Shown piece after piece: positions 11,985-12,860 of a stretch of 12,860 bases of DNA. The notes beneath the pieces are model-generated. The model had not been told where the DNA came from. It saw only the letters and a list, made by a program, of their open reading frames with translations, and ran no database searches. This stretch comes from an uncultured Clostridia bacterium (GTDB taxonomy: Bacteria; Acidobacteriota; Blastocatellia; Chloracidobacteriales; JADJPF01), in the NCBI GenBank assembly GCA_964536575.1, contig CAZHXL010000176.1, forward strand, positions 1-12,860. The letters run 5' to 3'. Position 1 is the stretch's first letter. Every line of letters starts with the position of its first letter. A program made the translations under genes and the position numbers.

Positions 11985-12860
11985 CTATCTTTTCACGCGT
12001 GAAATATCATCATAGAGTTCTGGTCTACGATCACGGTAAAATTGCCATTGAATACGAACATCTTGGATCATACCTAGGTCTAGGTCTGCTACTACTAATT
12101 CGTCTTTATCCCGGCTAGCCTGTGCCATAATTTTACCGCGTGGGTTACAGAAATAGCTTTTACCGTAAAACTCGCCTATATCCCAAGGTTTTTCATGACC
12201 TACACGGTTGATAGTGCCAACAAAATAACCATTAGCAACTGCATGTGAGGTTTGTTCTAATTCCCAGAGATATTCAGAGTGTCCTGCAACAGTAGCAGAA
12301 GGAATAAACACAACCTCTGCACCATTTAACCCTAAGACACGAGCACCTTCTGGGAAATGACGATCATAACAAATATAAACCCCTACTCTACCAAAAGCTG
12401 TGTCAAAAACAGGGTAACCTAGGTTTCCTGGAGTAAAATAGAATTTCTCCCAAAAACCGGGTAAACAATGTGGGATATGTGTTTTCCGATATTTTCCTAG
12501 ATATTTTCCATCAGCATCAATTACAGCAGCAGTGTTGTAATAAACACCTGTCATATCTTCTTCATAAATTGGTACGACTATAACCATTTGGTGTTTTTTT
12601 GCCAATTCCATCATTAGTTGAGTAGTGGGGCCGTCTGGAATGCGTTCTGTTGTACCATACCAACGAGGGTTTTGCTCAGCACAAAAGTATGGGCCATAAA
12701 AAATTTCTTGTAGACAAAGCATTTGTACACCTTGACTTGCAGCTTGTTCAATCATAGGTAGGTGTTTATCAATCATTGCTTGTTTTATTACTTCTAAAGG
12801 TTGATCAGAAGCAGTAGGATTACTAGCTTGAATTAAACCGCATTTAACAATTCGAGGCAT
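11985..12860 (-). CDS. Carbon-nitrogen hydrolase (nitrilase superfamily), beta-ureidopropionase / N-carbamoyl-amino-acid amidohydrolase-like
   Basis: Catalytic triad context: CLQEIF (E52), YRKTHIP (K126), VYICYDRHFPE (C164). The overall pattern resembles beta-alanine synthase-type carbamoylases. The ATG occupies the last three bases of the window (12860-12858), so the RBS and any longer N-terminus cannot be assessed. MPRIVKCGLIQ looks like a genuine N-terminus. Confidence 0.8.
   Translation of the reverse strand: MPRIVKCGLIQASNPTASDQPLEVIKQAMIDKHLPMIEQAASQGVQMLCLQEIFYGPYFCAEQNPRWYGTTERIPDGPTTQLMMELAKKHQMVIVVPIYEEDMTGVYYNTAAVIDADGKYLGKYRKTHIPHCLPGFWEKFYFTPGNLGYPVFDTAFGRVGVYICYDRHFPEGARVLGLNGAEVVFIPSATVAGHSEYLWELEQTSHAVANGYFVGTINRVGHEKPWDIGEFYGKSYFCNPRGKIMAQASRDKDELVVADLDLGMIQDVRIQWQFYRDRRPELYDDISRVKR

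Overview
AT-rich bacterial chromosomal window, roughly 40% GC by eye and uneven along its length. I cannot assign a taxon from the sequence alone. I support eight protein-coding genes in two blocks.

Plus-strand block (1-7508):
- a 5'-truncated Uma2/DUF820 endonuclease-like gene
- an Nfu-type Fe-S scaffold (Nfu_N plus NifU_C)
- a GNAT acetyltransferase
- a 610-aa patatin-like lipase with three C-terminal transmembrane helices
- a 430-bp non-coding region containing a perfect 19-nt direct repeat
- two adjacent radical SAM genes

The first radical SAM protein (368 aa) has a twitch/SPASM-like Cys-rich C-terminus. The second (679 aa) has the layout I associate with the archaeal tetraether lipid synthase family (Tes / GDGT-MAS, MJ0619-like): an N-terminal CPxC...CxHxxC metal site, a CX3CX2C core, a downstream Cys cluster and an FCAYN motif.

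Minus-strand block (7612-12860), convergent with the first block across a shared 16-bp hairpin terminator:
- a nitrilase-superfamily carbamoylase-like enzyme
- a D-aminoacylase-family amidohydrolase
- a FAD-less fused 2Fe-2S/molybdopterin hydroxylase

Together these look like an N-heterocycle or ureido-compound catabolic operon. A GC-rich composite palindromic element sits between the first two of these genes.

The most interesting candidate is the stand-alone two-gene radical SAM unit with its repeat-bearing leader. It lies next to a membrane lipase and an Fe-S scaffold. I interpret it, as inference only, as a possible bacterial lipid-tail C-C coupling or membrane-spanning-lipid module. No rRNA, tRNA, CRISPR array or transposase was seen. 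All family calls rest on motif recognition by eye, not on alignments or database searches.
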